From the human T2T-CHM13v2.0 reference genome, Homo sapiens: a DNA stretch of 64,000 nucleotides. The notes below the pieces were generated by a model. The model was not told where the DNA came from. It worked only from the letters and a program-made list of their open reading frames with translations, and searched no databases. The stretch lies in assembly GCF_009914755.1 (NCBI RefSeq), contig NC_060937.1, one strand, 5' to 3'. Within the stretch, counting starts at the first letter, position 1, and every line of letters starts with the position of its first letter. A program made the translations under genes and the position numbers. This document shows positions 14,041-27,149 of the stretch, piece by piece.

Positions 14041-15620
14041 TATTCGAGCCTGTGATACTCTCATGACCACTAACTAAAGGGGCGCTGAGTGGGTGGGAAT
14101 TTACATTCAGAAGGGGAAATTTTGTTGCGTAGGAGGAGAATTATAGCAGGCAGAAGGAGATTAGAGAGTGAATGCCCTGGGGTGGATCAACCGTATGACA
14201 CGAGGTTACAAAAAGAAAAGCAAAGTGGAAAGTTTCTTCTAAAGGCTGATTTCTCTACAATTTTGCCTAACGCAAAATGTTAGTTACAAAGAAAACTAAT
14301 TTTCTGACTGGAAGAAACACTTTAAAACTGTGTCCATAAACATAAACTCATTAATAACACACACATCATTTATATATCTTTTTGTTCCTGTTAATTACAA
14401 AAATAATACATGTTTGTTGTAAAAGATTTAACGGTGTAGAATGAAATTTTCATTTGCACTCTAGTCTTTTTTCTCGGGGTACTAAATGCCAATAATAAAA
14501 ATGTATTTTACATTTTATTATTTGTATTAGTTTAATATCAACTATGATATTATGTGATGCTTACTTTAATCAGACAGATGTGGAAATTAGGAAGAATTCT
14601 ACTAGTGGAAACTTAAAATGGATTTTAAAAAATACTTGTCCTATGAAGAGAAAAGGTGAATTTTAATCTATTGCATTTAGAAAAATCAAAGCTGTGCCTA
14701 TTGCTGTTTGAATATCAGTGGTGAATCTGTTAGACCGTATAAGAAATAGCAAAAGACCTTTTCCAAGAAGTAAGTTTTCTGGTTTACTTGCAAAAGGACA
14801 TGTTTCAGAATACCTGCTTTCATTTGGGACAGGATATCAGAATTGAAAGAATCTCTACCACTCACACTGACCTCGACATATTCAAAAACAGGAAAATCTT
14901 CTAATCTAAAAATAGTTTAAACCTCACCTTGGCCAGAAAAAAAGAACTGCCATCTTATAGATAAATGTTTTTCCTACTTTTTAAAATGACCAACTATTGA
15001 AACATACAAAAGAATAGTAATGATATGGTTATTTTGATAGTACTTATATATAAGTATTATCTATGTTACTCACATGTAAAATAAACACACATGTATCCAA
15101 CACTGATCTTAAGACATAAACCAATAACTTTAAGGCCCCAGTGCCTCATCTTGATGTTACACCCACTCTCTGAAAGTCACTTTATCTTGAAAGCTTTGTC
15201 TTGAAATAACACCTTTATCTTGAATTTTGGGTTTCATGCCTTTCCGTTTCTTTAGAATTTTACCACAGTTGCTTGAATTTCTAAATAATATATTGTCTAC
15301 TTTTGCACAATTATGTGTATCATTGTTATGCTGTATAAAATTTTATGACAAGTCTTTTTCTGATTAACATTATGCTTGTTTGACTGTGAGATTTAACCTC
15401 ATGAATATGTTTGACTTCTTAATTTGCAATATCGTACGGCATGTCATTGAGGAATGATACTACGATCTATTTATCATTTCTTTTGGCAATGGACATTTGA
15501 ATTGTTTTCAGTTTTTACATTGCTTTAAAGGATTGTGCATGTGTTTCCTGGTGTATATTGGCCAGAATGTCCCTAAGAATTACTGCAAGAAGAAAAAATC
15601 TTGGTCAAAGGCTCTATACA

Positions 15621-15622
<2 letters not shown>

Positions 15623-15654
<32 letters not shown>

Positions 15655-15903
15655 AGACAGAGTTTCAGTCTTGTCGCAGGGGCTAGAGTGCAGTGGTGTG
15701 CTTTCAGCTCACTGCAACCTCCGCCTCCTGGGTTCAAGCAATTCTTGTGCCTCCGCCTCCTGAGTAGCTGGGATTACAGGTGCATGCCACCACACCCGGC
15801 TAATTTTTGTATTTTTAGTAGAGACGGGGTTTCACCATATTGGCCAGGCAGGTCTCAAACTCCTGACCTCAAGTGATCTGCCCACCTTGGCCTCCCAAAG
15901 TGT
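15623..15903 (-). mobile_element. AluS, slightly 5'-truncated
   Basis: Poly(T) followed by gagacagagtttc...cctcccaaagtg, inserted in an old antisense L1. Confidence 0.92.
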
Positions 15904-17193
15904 GCACACCTTCAACTTACTTAATTAGTCCTCCTTTTGTTATCTCAAAGTGATTAGGTAAATTTACCCTCCAAACAACTGTGCAGTGGCGCTCCCATTT
16001 CTCCACCTCTTGCCAAGGCATTTAAAATAGTGCCAATCTGGTGGGTATGAAATTATATTTTATTGTAGAATTTACATTTGACAATTGGCATGGTTAACCT
16101 TGACCTTCCTTAAAAGGTCTGGGGGATTTACTCTATTTTTCAGTTATACAGTTATTGGTGACATTGGCAAGAGCAGTTTCAGAAAAGTGCTTGCAACAGA
16201 TGATAGCAGTTGTTTGAGAAACAAAAGAGAGATGAGGGAGTGGGAGGAATCAGAACAGATGCCTTTCTGCAAATTTAAGATGAAAAGGGATGGAGAGAGA
16301 AAATCAACAGTGCCTTGGAGGGTTTATTAATATTTTCAGATGGGAGTTACTGGAGCAAGTTCATGTGTTAAGCAGAAGAGCCAAGTTTGTTGGGAAACAG
16401 AAGTGGATGAGTAGAGTTCATGTGAGAAGAGAAAGTGCTGTGAACATAAACAAGTTTATAGAAGAGTGGTGATTTACGAGAGGAGATGCACATTAAGATC
16501 CCAACTTTCTCAATATCATGAGATGAGATGAGGAGGCCTCAGGAGGCTGGCAAAGGTTTTGAGTAACTGACAGAGACTCTGCAAGACCAAAGACCTCATC
16601 AAACTATGTTTCCTTAGGCTTCCTTTATTCATTACACATTGATTTTTTTAATTGAAAGCACATAAAATTGGACATGGAAAATGCACATATAAGTAAGACT
16701 CAGTCCTGGTTCCAAAGAAGCCTAGAAAGGAAATCAAATGTATAAATATATAATTATGCAATGAGATGCTTGTTATGCTTGAGGCTGTATTCAGCACAGC
16801 AAGAGTAGGGAAGTAACTAGACAAGTGAATGGACAAGGAGGGACTTTTGAATGACAGATAAGTGGGAGCATTAACAGAGGGCACTGTGGCATGAGAAGCA
16901 TGGTGCTTCGAGTGGTCTGCACATCAGGGTTTCTGAGGGGCAAGACACATAGAGATAGTGGTGGAAGGAAAGGCTAAAGAAGTAGGTTTCTACATTATGG
17001 AGCTGAGAGTTTACCTTGTGGGTGATGCAGTGGCGTCAGAAGTTTTTGTTTTGTTTGTTTTTAAGTTGATTTTTAAAAGTAGACTATTTTTTATAGCAGT
17101 TTTAGGTTTATAGTAAAATTAAATACAAAATACAGAGTTCCCTCATACTCTTTGTGCCCCCTCCCCCATCATATCACAAGTTTTTCAGTAGAG

Positions 17194-17674
17194 CAGTGAT
17201 CCCCAACCTTTTTGGCACTGGGGACTGCTTTCGTGGAAGACAATTTTTCCATGGAAGGAGTAGGGGAATGGTGTCAGGATGATTCAAGTGCATTTCTGGT
17301 GCACTTTATTTCTATTATTATTCTTACATTTAATATATAATGAAATAATTAGACAAGTCACCATAATGTAGAATCAATGGGAGCCTTGAGCTTGTTTTCC
17401 TGCAACTAGACAGTCTCATCTAGGGGTGATAGGAGACAGTGACAGATCACCAAGCATTAGATTCTCATAAGGAACGCGCAACCTAGATCCCTCACATGTG
17501 CAGTTCACATTAGGGTTCACCATCCTATGAGAATCTAATGCCACCACTGATCTGACAGGAGGCGGAGCTCAGGCCATATGCCTGCTCACTAACCCTCACC
17601 TCCTGCAGTGTGGCCCAGTTCCTAACAGGCCATGCACAGGTACCGATCCATGGCCCAGAGGTTGGGGACCCCTG
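17194..17674 (+). mobile_element. MER1A (hAT-Charlie)
   Basis: TIRs cagtgatccccaacc / ggttggggacccctg and a perfect 8-bp TSD cagtagag at 17186-17193 and 17675-17682. Confidence 0.92.
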
Positions 17675-19394
17675 CAGTAGAGACATTATGATGGAGGTGT
17701 TTGTAGAAAGTTATTTATTGGAACAATGCTATAGTAAACTGCAGCAGAAAGAGACCAGTAGGAAAATAACTTAGGAGACTCAATCTAGGAGGTAGCATTA
17801 ATAAGAGTTGGTGAACCAATGAAGGGGGTAAGGGGTAAAGGAGAATAAAGACAAGCTCCAGAATTTTCACTTCCAAGGAAACATAATTTACCTAGGTTGG
17901 GGGTACAAGAGGAAGGAAAGATGAGCGGGGGCGGGAGTGGGGAGGGTGGGCTGTGATTCTATATAGAGAACAATTAGATACTAAGTTTGGGGTAGAGTTT
18001 CTTTCATTTTCTCAAATGTTCAAGGAATTTCAAAACAGCTGAAATATATGATAATATGAAATATCAACCTTATCATCTCATGCCATAGAGAACCAAGCTT
18101 TTATTTAGATAATTATAAATGTTATTTTGTCTGCTATACGGTAGTAAAATCAAAACACTGTTGCTTTAAAAATCATAAATAAATGTTTATATTAATTATT
18201 CATCACTGCTCTGGTAAATTACTATTCGACAGAAGTAAATAATACATTGAAAATACTCTGATCCCAATCATAATTACCTTGGGATTCATGATATTTCACA
18301 GATGCACACACTTACATCCTAAGATTTCATTTTGAATCAAATTTGTCTTATCTCAGGTTCTAAAAAGTTATAAAAGAATTTGAATGCAATTTTCTCAGGT
18401 AAAATATTATGTTGTATTAAGATAAGGTGACATAATTGATACATTATTTGTTAAATCTAAAAGCTAGAAAGAGATTTTGACAATATAATTCTTAATAATA
18501 GAACTTATAAGAAACCATTTTGAGATAAAATCCACAAAGCACAATTCTATGCCCAACTTGAAATAAGAATAAAGATAATTGGAAAGGCAGTGTTCTATGA
18601 ACTTGGTATTTCTTTATTAACAAGATCCTTCTCACTTTTTTGGCTAATCTCTGTATTGGCAATATCCAAGCAAGGTCTTGAAACACCCTTTAATTCCTCA
18701 AATAAAGATTGAATTGTATTCAGCATGCCTTTATTTTCATGTGAACATTTCTATTGTAGCCTAGATGTTAGCTGAGGTTATTCTGCCATTTGAAATCTAC
18801 ATAAAATTAGCTTTGGTTCCATGATTTCTGTAGATTGTGGTGCCTTACATTCTGTTACTTCTGTCTCCAAAATCCTGTCTGCTCCTCTAATTGTTCACTC
18901 TTCTGCGTCACACCAACGTAGAAATAGGGCACAGTTCAATTTCCACTGGGATTACTTCTTTCCAGAAAATTCCACTCATGCAAGACATTTGTGTATGTAG
19001 CCAACTTTATTGAAGTGTTGTAGTTTATATGAGAATGATATATAATAACTTTAAATTGAATATGAGACATTGCTGTTTTTAAAAATTGCTTTGGTTCATC
19101 TGCTACTAGGGATTTCTCCCTGGCTACCCTTTTCTGAGGGCTCCAACTTCCTGATGTGTTGCTTGGTTCTCACTCCCTCAAGGCTTTGTTCTGCTCTGTC
19201 TGCTTCTATACTTTCTGTGTTCTCTTTTCTAGTAGGGGTGGTGGTTCAGGATTTCTCCCAGGGATTTCAATTTCCCTCATTTTTTTAGATAGAACAATTT
19301 TACCTTCATTCCCTTCTCAACTCCAAGAAAATTTGGCATATCCAAAGATCCATTTATGTGCTAGGTAAACAGAGGGTCCTCCTACACTGTCTTT

Positions 19395-20430
19395 ATTAAT
19401 GTAGGTTTAAAGTAGGTTTTAAAATCAGGAAGTGTGAGTATTCCAACTTTGTTCTCCTTCCTCAAGATTGTTTTGGCTATTTTAGGTCCCTAAATTTTCA
19501 TATATATTTTAGGATCAGCTTGTCAATTTTGGCAATGAAGCCAGCTAGAATTTTTATAAGGATTGCACTGAGTTTGTAGATCAATTTGAATAACATGGTC
19601 ATATTAACAATATTAAGTTTTCCAATCCAGGAACATGAACTGTCCTTCCATTTGTCTATGTCTTCTTTAATTGTTTCAACAACGATTTACATTTTTCAGA
19701 GTGTAGGTTTTGAACTTTTTAGTTAAATTTATTTATATGTATTTTATTATTTTGAAGCTATTGTAGGAATTGCTTTCTTAATTTCATTTTCAGATTGTTA
19801 ATTGTGCTTATATAGAAATACTATTGATTTTGATATACTGATCTCATAATTTGCAATCTTGCTAAACTCATTAATTTTAATAACTTTTTAATAGATTTCT
19901 GAGGATTTTTTATAGCTCATGTCTTATTAGAATATAGTTTTACTTTTATTCTTCCCCATGTGAATGCCTTCTTCTTTTTTTTTTTTTTTTTTTTTTTGCC
20001 TGATTGCCATCGTTAGACCCTCCCATGTAATGTGGAATAGAAATGGTAAGAGTGAACATCCTTTTCTTGTTCCTGATTTTAGGGAAAAAGCATTAAATGT
20101 TTCACTTTGTGGTGTTAGGTGTAGGTTTTTCATAGATGTCCTGTATCAGGTAGATGTTTCCTTCTATTCCTAGTTTATTGAGTGCTTATTATTAAGGAGT
20201 ATTGAATTTCATTAAATGCTTTTTCTGTACCTATCAAGATAATCATGTGATTTATCCTTTATTCTATTCATATGTTATTTACATTAATTTTTGAATGCTA
20301 AACCAACTTTGCATTTTGGGGATAATTCTTACTTGATCATGGTGTATACTCTTTTTTTATGTGATGTTGAATTCATTTTGCAAGTATTTTGTCTTTTTTC
20401 CATAAGGGATTGTGGTCTATAGTTTTCTTT
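19395..20430 (-). mobile_element. L1M ORF2 fragment
   Basis: Antisense L1 ORF2 motifs. The minus ORF 19927-20133 contains FSLKSGTRKGCSLLPFLF, a relic of the L1 RT motif GTRQGCPLSP. Confidence 0.85.
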
Positions 20431-20579
20431 ACTTGCCTGAGGGTGTTTTGATTTGATGTTTTTGGTTCAAGTTGTGTTAATATTTTCTTTTAAGCAACGT
20501 TCAGAGTTATAGAGGGCAATAAAAGCTCATGTGCATCTGCTGAGATGCTAAATCCTAGCTCTGGTGCCCAGTTGACTCA

Positions 20580-20985
20580 CACATTCAATAACAATTTATC
20601 GTGAATCCAGACCTCTGTTCTAGGTTTGGGAGTGTATAAGTGAATAATGCAAGGTTTCTGTTCTCTAGGATCTTAATGAACAACTGTAAAACAAACAATA
20701 AGCTAATATATGTTATGTCAAGGCCAATAAGTGATTCAAAACAAAGCACATGGTAAGAGAAAAGAAGGAGCTGGAGGGAGATTTTAGATAGGATCAGCAG
20801 AGAAATCTTAATGAAGTGACATGTGAGTAGAGACCTCTGTGAAGTAAGGACGTGAGTCATGTGGACATCTGGGAAAAGAGTTCTCCAGACAGAGGAAGTG
20901 GTAAGTGCAAAATAGGAGGCAGAAGCATACTTGATATGTTTAAAGATTACAAAGGAGGCCAGGAGGGATGGAACAGCATAAGTAA
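20580..20985 (+). mobile_element. L2 fragment
   Basis: cattcaataacaatttatcgtgaatccag...gaagtgacatgtgagtagagacct...ccagacagaggaagtggtaagtgcaaa. Confidence 0.6.
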
Positions 20986-20989
20986 ATAG

Positions 20990-21450
20990 TCATCAATTAG
21001 AATTTTGTCTAGCTGCACACAACAGGAAACACATTTATAGTGGCTTAATCAGATAAGGGTTTTAATTGTCATCATATAAAAGAGACTGGTGTGAAAGCTC
21101 CATGACACCATCAGGAACACAGATTCTATCTTTTCTCTCTACCATTTGGAGCATAAGCCTTCATGCATGTGTTCGGGATAGCTGGTCCACTCCAATTGTC
21201 CCTTCTATCTTTCAGGCAAGAAGAAGGCAAAGGATGAAAATCAAAGGCCACATGTCAGCAAAATAATTCCTTTGATGGTATTTTTTCCCCCTTCTGGGAA
21301 GTTATCCAGAAACATCTGCTTACTGGCTTCACCTGTATCACAAAAATGCCCCTAGCTGCCAATAAGGCTATGTGTGGCAAGGTGACCAGTGGGTTTTATA
21401 GCTGGGCAAATGACCTATCCCTCTAACTTTGAGATTCTTTCAGTAGGAAA
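20990..21450 (-). mobile_element. Old MLT1-type MaLR LTR
   Basis: tagctgcacacaacaggaaac...agtggcttaa...ttcaggcaagaagaagg...cccctagctgc resembles old MLT1 subfamilies. Confidence 0.5.
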
Positions 21451-21467
21451 AAAAAGAGGGAATAGAT

Positions 21468-21845
21468 ACACTTGTATGTGGAATCTGAAAAAAGAAGCAA
21501 AGAAGCAGAGAGTATAATGGTGGCTTCCAGGGACGGGGGAAGTGATAAACTAGAGTGATGTTGGTCAAAGGGTACACAATTTCAGTTAGACAGAATGAAT
21601 GAGTTCAAGATATCTATTGTACAATGTGGTGACTCTTGTTAATAATACATTATGTGCTTGAAAATTGCTAAAAGAATAGATTTTAAGTGCTCTCACCACA
21701 AATAAATGATAATTCTGTGAAGTAATATGTGTGGTAAATAGCTTGATTTAGCCATTTCACAATATATATATATATTAAAACATGTGTTACATAAATATAT
21801 ACAATTTGCATTTTTCAACTAAAAATAAGTTTAAAAAAGAAATAA
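21468..21845 (+). mobile_element. L1MA8/9-like 3' end
   Basis: ttggtcaaagggtacacaatttcagttagacag...cttgaaaattgctaaaagaatagattttaagtgctctcaccac. Confidence 0.8.
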
Positions 21846-22014
21846 CAAAGAAAAATAGACCAGGAATATGAAATAATTACTAATACAATAAAAAACACGA
21901 ATTAACAAAAAAAATAGCATAAGTGCTAGATAATGTAGGGGCTTTTAACTGAGGACTAGATCTTTGGGCTTTGGAGATTCTATGCAGAGTCGTCACATAA
22001 TATGACTCATTTTT

Positions 22015-22205
22015 TTTTAGCTTGGGTTGACCTAGAAGCTGAGCCTTATACAAAGATTTATATGAAATAAGTTTATTTGGGAAGTAAGCACAAGTATGGA
22101 GATGAGAGAGTAAAACAGAAAAGGAAGGAAATCCTCATAGCTATGACTGAAATCAAGGTTGATACCATGAGGGTATGCAGCAATGTATAAGAAGTGCTCA
22201 GCATA
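22015..22205 (-). mobile_element. 3' LTR of the ERV-L provirus (LTR33/LTR16-like, partly deleted)
   Basis: Contains the agtttatttgggaag motif. Directly preceded on the minus strand by the ERV-L-type PPT gccaaggatggac (22206-22218). Confidence 0.6.
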
Positions 22206-23064
22206 GTCCATCCTTGGCCCATTTAGATCATGCCCCCTGTTAAGGACAATCCTTCACAGAGCTTTCAAGGTGGTGCCAGTCAATATCTACAAAAGACAAT
22301 GTAAAATAGCTAAGGGAGCTAGCTACAGTTTCTTTAGTTACAACTGCTTCAAGATTTAAAGTGATATTCATCATCTCCCTGCTTAACCATCTATTCTGGA
22401 TTTTCCTAACCCATGTATAGCACTTCAGCTGGTCTAGGCTGTTTATCCGGGGGGTTAAGCCAGATCTTCATCTCAAGGGAAGATGAATCTTTAATTGCCT
22501 TTCTCTATTTGAACTTTGAATACTACAATTGCTTTTTTGTCTTTATTTCTGATCATAAAAGCAGCAAGAGACATCCAATTGAATACTCTGAGTTTGAGAT
22601 GTGATCTTTCCAGCCCTAATTGTGTAGCAGCAGTGCTATCTTTTCATGCTAATTAAGGTTTATTAACTTTGCCATTATAGTAACTCCTTTCTTATCCCTT
22701 TTTTGCTTGCTGATCAACTGGCATGAGGCACCCAGAGTGACAGGGTGCCATAGCCTTAAATTTAATAGAATCATTAATCTGTCCCCAAGCTGAAAGCATT
22801 TCTCACTGGGAATCCAGCCCTTTAATGCAGCAGAGCCTGTTTGTGGAGGAAGGAAGCACATATTCTTCAAGAATGTCACTTGTGTGATGATGTTAATGGG
22901 GGTAAATCTTATGCCTCTTCATTCCTAAACCTACAAATTCTAAATGCTGGGGACACATTCCCTTACCTGGTTCAATGCACACACTGTATTCTGAAAGACA
23001 TCATCTCAAACCCACAGGGTATTGTCTCTGGGCTGGCATTTTAGCCAAGGACTTTTTGAAAATT

Positions 23065-23415
23065 ATTTTTACTTTTTATGGATACCTAATAGTTATGCAT
23101 ATTTACAGGGTACATGTGATATTTTGATACAAGCATACAATGTATAGTGATCAAATCAAGGTAATTGAGATATATATCACCTCAAGTATTTATCATTTCT
23201 TTGTATTAAGAACATTGCAATTCTACTCTTTTAGTTATTTTGAAATGTAGAATAAATTATTGTTAACTATAGTCACCCTATCCTTTAAACCCCCCTCCCC
23301 TCTACACATCCCAGCCTCTGGCACTCGTCATTATACCCTCTATCTCCATGAGTTCAGTTGTTGTTGTTTAGTTCCCACATTTAAGTGAGACCATGGGAAA
23401 TTTATCTTTCTGTTG
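23065..23415 (-). mobile_element. L1MA 3' fragment nested in ERV-L
   Basis: tatttacagggtacatgtgatattttgatacaagcatacaatgt...cacctcaagtatttatcatttctttgt. Confidence 0.8.
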
Positions 23416-23663
23416 GGGCAGCCACCTTTGGGCAGATACCTTGAACAGACACTCATTGTTGTTCCTCTTTTGCTGTGAAATCAGCCCCTTAGTCTGATGC
23501 AATGTTGTGCAAGTTTCCATGCAAGTAGGCTCTAAAATGGTGGTACTGACAGAGGCAATGCAGGCAGGGAATTCAGATCAGTGTAAGTATGGAATTTGGC
23601 GAGGCTGAATTACTATTTCTCTAGGGTAGAAGTAATCTCATTTAATCAACTGGAAACTAAGTA

Positions 23664-23935
23664 CAGTTGGCCTTCCATATATATGAATTCCACATCTGCG
23701 GATTTCATCTGTTCTGAACATGTACAGACATATTTCTTGTCATTATTCCCCAAACAAGACAGTATAACAAGTATTTATATAGCATTTACATTGTATTAGG
23801 TATTGTAATAATCTAGAGATGACTTAAAGTATATGGGAGGATGTGCATATAACCTATGCACATATCAGGACTTGAGATTTTGGTATCTGCAGCAGGTCTT
23901 GAAACCAATTCCCCATGGAAACCAAGGGACAACTG
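23664..23935 (+). mobile_element. MER2 (Tigger-derived) nested in ERV-L
   Basis: TIRs cagttggccttcc / ccaagggacaactg with TA duplications, and the internal ctgaacatgtacagac...aatctagagatg. Confidence 0.88.
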
Positions 23936-25589
23936 TATCTGACTAGACTCTTTAAGGGATATTGCCATTGGAATGGTGTCAGCATAGATGCTGAAAATTT
24001 ATGTAGTAGTGGAAGTGACAAGGTAACAAGGGTTGAATGAGAGCCCATACCATGGTTCAATGCATAGCTTCAATTCCTGCCAACATGGCGCTCCATTCTT
24101 AGGCCCATTGCACAAGCCCTGGGGTGGCTAGGACAGATTGGTATACATCCATCCACAGGCTTGGTCATCCTGTCTTAACGGTTATTGAGACTGTTGCCTG
24201 CAATGGATGCTGTCTGGGAAGCATCAACTTAAAATACAAAGATCTACATTTTTTACCCACTTCCATGGGCCAACCTGTGGATAATGTTTCCTTAGACTAA
24301 TGTTTCCATGGAAGTCTTATAACCTCCCAACTAAGCCATTCATCAGTGCCTAAAAGTTCACGAGTATCTGTGTCTCAGGCCACTACTTCCTCTACATAAA
24401 GCACAAAAATCAATATACTGCTCTCACATCTGCCCACTGGGAGGGTTTCAGTCATGACATTCCTTTCAGGCAACCCCTGAGTTGGGCTGTAGTGTGGAGG
24501 CAGTATGTTTTTGAAGTATGTACTAACCTATTGAGCTAAGTCATCTGTGAATCTGGGTCAAGATTTTCTGTCTTTAATTGATCACAGAGAATGCCTCAGG
24601 AGGGATTGGCGTGAGTTGAATTTTCCTTGCGTTCCCCAATCTTACGACTTGTGGAATTTGACAACATCTGGTTCATAATGGGTTTCTCCAGTAGGAGTCA
24701 CATGGTATTTCATGTTCAGATGCTCAGTCTTTTCTACAGCTCAGCAGCACATCAGGAATTGCTTCTCAAAATAGACATAGTTTTGTTCCAGAAGCCCAGT
24801 AGTCTGCACTGTGACCTCTATTGGGTCTTGCCAGAGAACACACACAGCATCATCACAGATAACTTTGGTACCACTTAACTCCTGGGTCATATGGCCTACA
24901 TGCCAGGGTCATTTGCAGCACAGTGCTGAAGATCAAGAAGCCACTCAAAACAGCTTTCTGAGTAACCTGTTAAATGAATCAGAAAATTATGGCTAAGTCT
25001 CTAAAGTCTAAAAATACCCATAACGTAGCTCAAGTTTCTTACTGATAGAAGAGGCAAGAACTTGTCTTTAACCTTAAGTGGAATATATCAGCATATCTCA
25101 CAAAATTGAACTTCTACAGACTTCACTGATGTAAGAAGCCCTGAATCTTTGTGGTATTTATTTTCTCCTCTCTGGCCTACAGGTGTTTTACTAGGACATC
25201 TGTAGTTGTTAATGCTTACTTCTTAGTGAATCAGTGTGATCTGTGGAATTTTAAACATTCTACACATTATAAAAAATCTATAGATTTCTATAGAGTCCTT
25301 TTAGAGTGCAGGTGAATTAACACAGCCCCACAGCAGGACAGTGAATATGTACTGCTGTTTGTCCCCTCCTTTCCATCATATAACAGTCAACTCTTTTTTA
25401 TCTTCCTTATTGATGAGAATTGAGAAAAACGCATTTGCTGGATCATTAGCCTCAACCTACGTCCAAAAGGCTATGTGAATCTGTTTCTGAAACAGCTGCA
25501 TTTGAGGCTTCCATTTGTTTAAGTTTATAGTAGTCCACTGTCATCTGCCAACATTTGGTGTTTATGGGAACTCTCTTTAAGTAAAGTGG

Positions 25590-25875
25590 AAAATAATAGG
25601 GAGAGAATTGTTAAAGGATAAATAATTATAGCTAGATAGCAGGAACAAGTTCTAGTGTTTTTATAGCACCATAGGGTGACTATAGTTAACAATAATACAG
25701 GATATATTTCCAAAAAGCCAGAAAAAAGGATACTGAATGCTCCCAACAAAAGAAATGATAAGCATTTGAAATGATGGATACGCTAATTACCCTAATCTGA
25801 TCACTACATGTTGTGTGTATCCAAACACTGTGTAGCCCCTAAATATGTACAATTGTTATGTGTCAATTTTAAAAA
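25590..25875 (+). mobile_element. L1MA5-7-like 3' end nested in ERV-L pol
   Basis: aattatagctagatagcaggaacaagttctagtgtt...ctaattaccctaatctgatcactaca...tgtgtcaattttaaaaa. Confidence 0.8.
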
Positions 25876-27149
25876 GTAGAATATGATGGGGCCCATTACT
25901 TCTAAGTCTTTAATGATGACACCAATTTCTGTAATTCCTCATAGCACATGGTATTGCTTCTGATAAACTATCTATCTTGGCCAGAGTTAGGAGGACAGTT
26001 TTAGGGACTTATACTTGGTTTTCCTAAAACATTGGCTCTGATTTTATGGACCAGGAAACCAATGTGAGAATAATGCCAGCTGCTAAGTACATACATCTCA
26101 AATGTACACTCAGACACGTCCATGATCCCATTGAACCCACTATGAAATGAACTTGGGCTAGAACTTCATTTGTCATGTGTTATGCTCAAGCCATAACCAT
26201 TCTAAATACAGGTTCATAGTAGTGTGTGGTTTTCCTAGTATAAATGGCAACTCAGATCCTATATCATCTTGTCCTTTATAGGTCTTGGGATTTTCCTTTC
26301 CACAGTGCAGTTATCCTGGTAAATCACATTAACACCCCTTTTAGGAAGGAATGGGGAAGCCCACTGAATTTCCTCAATGGGGCTCAACCCACACTTGATT
26401 AATGGACTTTGAGTCTGTGAACCGGTTTACTTCTGGACTAAGAAAATGCAAGAGATTTCCCATAATAGCAGTCGATTTTAGCCTTCTGATTGTCAGCTCT
26501 TGATTTTTTTCTGATTCTAAAAATGAAAGATAGAAACCCTATTTCATTGTTCATCTGTCTTACCCCTAGGAACATCATAATATATAATTAATGACCAGCA
26601 ATTGCTGTGGGTCTAGGCCCTGGTTGCCATCCTGGGTTGTTGCCCCTTACAGTCATTAAATCTACCTTGCATTTGATGACCAAATACTACTACGTGGACT
26701 CTACCATCCCAGATTCCTGTCGTTCTTATTGAAAACGGGCAGCCAAGTTTCAGTGTAGAATCCTGGCCAGGTTCCAATATAGAATCTTCTACTGTTAATT
26801 TCAGCCTGCAAGGACTGCTACTTCTCATCTTATCAGAGATGCTAGTACCTCTCTTAACATTCAGTTCCTTATTACTGTAGTGAATTGAGTATCCTCTAGG
26901 TGCTCCCAGGATGAATTTTTAGGTTTCACGTAATAAATCCCCTCTAGCATTTTCACCTCCAATGAGTTTCATGACTTTTACTTCAGTACTATTCCATGTA
27001 GTTTCAGAATTTTAACTTCACCACTGCAGCCATCCATGCTTCTGGTATTCTTAGAATATTAAATCCTTAGTCGTTGGAAAGCCCTCTTATGTCAGTGAAT
27101 CCCCCTCTCATTCAGTCTTCAAGATGTTCAAGATCTACTCTACAATATG

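Noticed and set aside
18357-18398. Possible 42-nt micro-exon (tctcag|GTTC...TCAG|gtaaaa)
   Set aside because: Weak donor, AT-rich, with no neighbouring exons or recognisable peptide.
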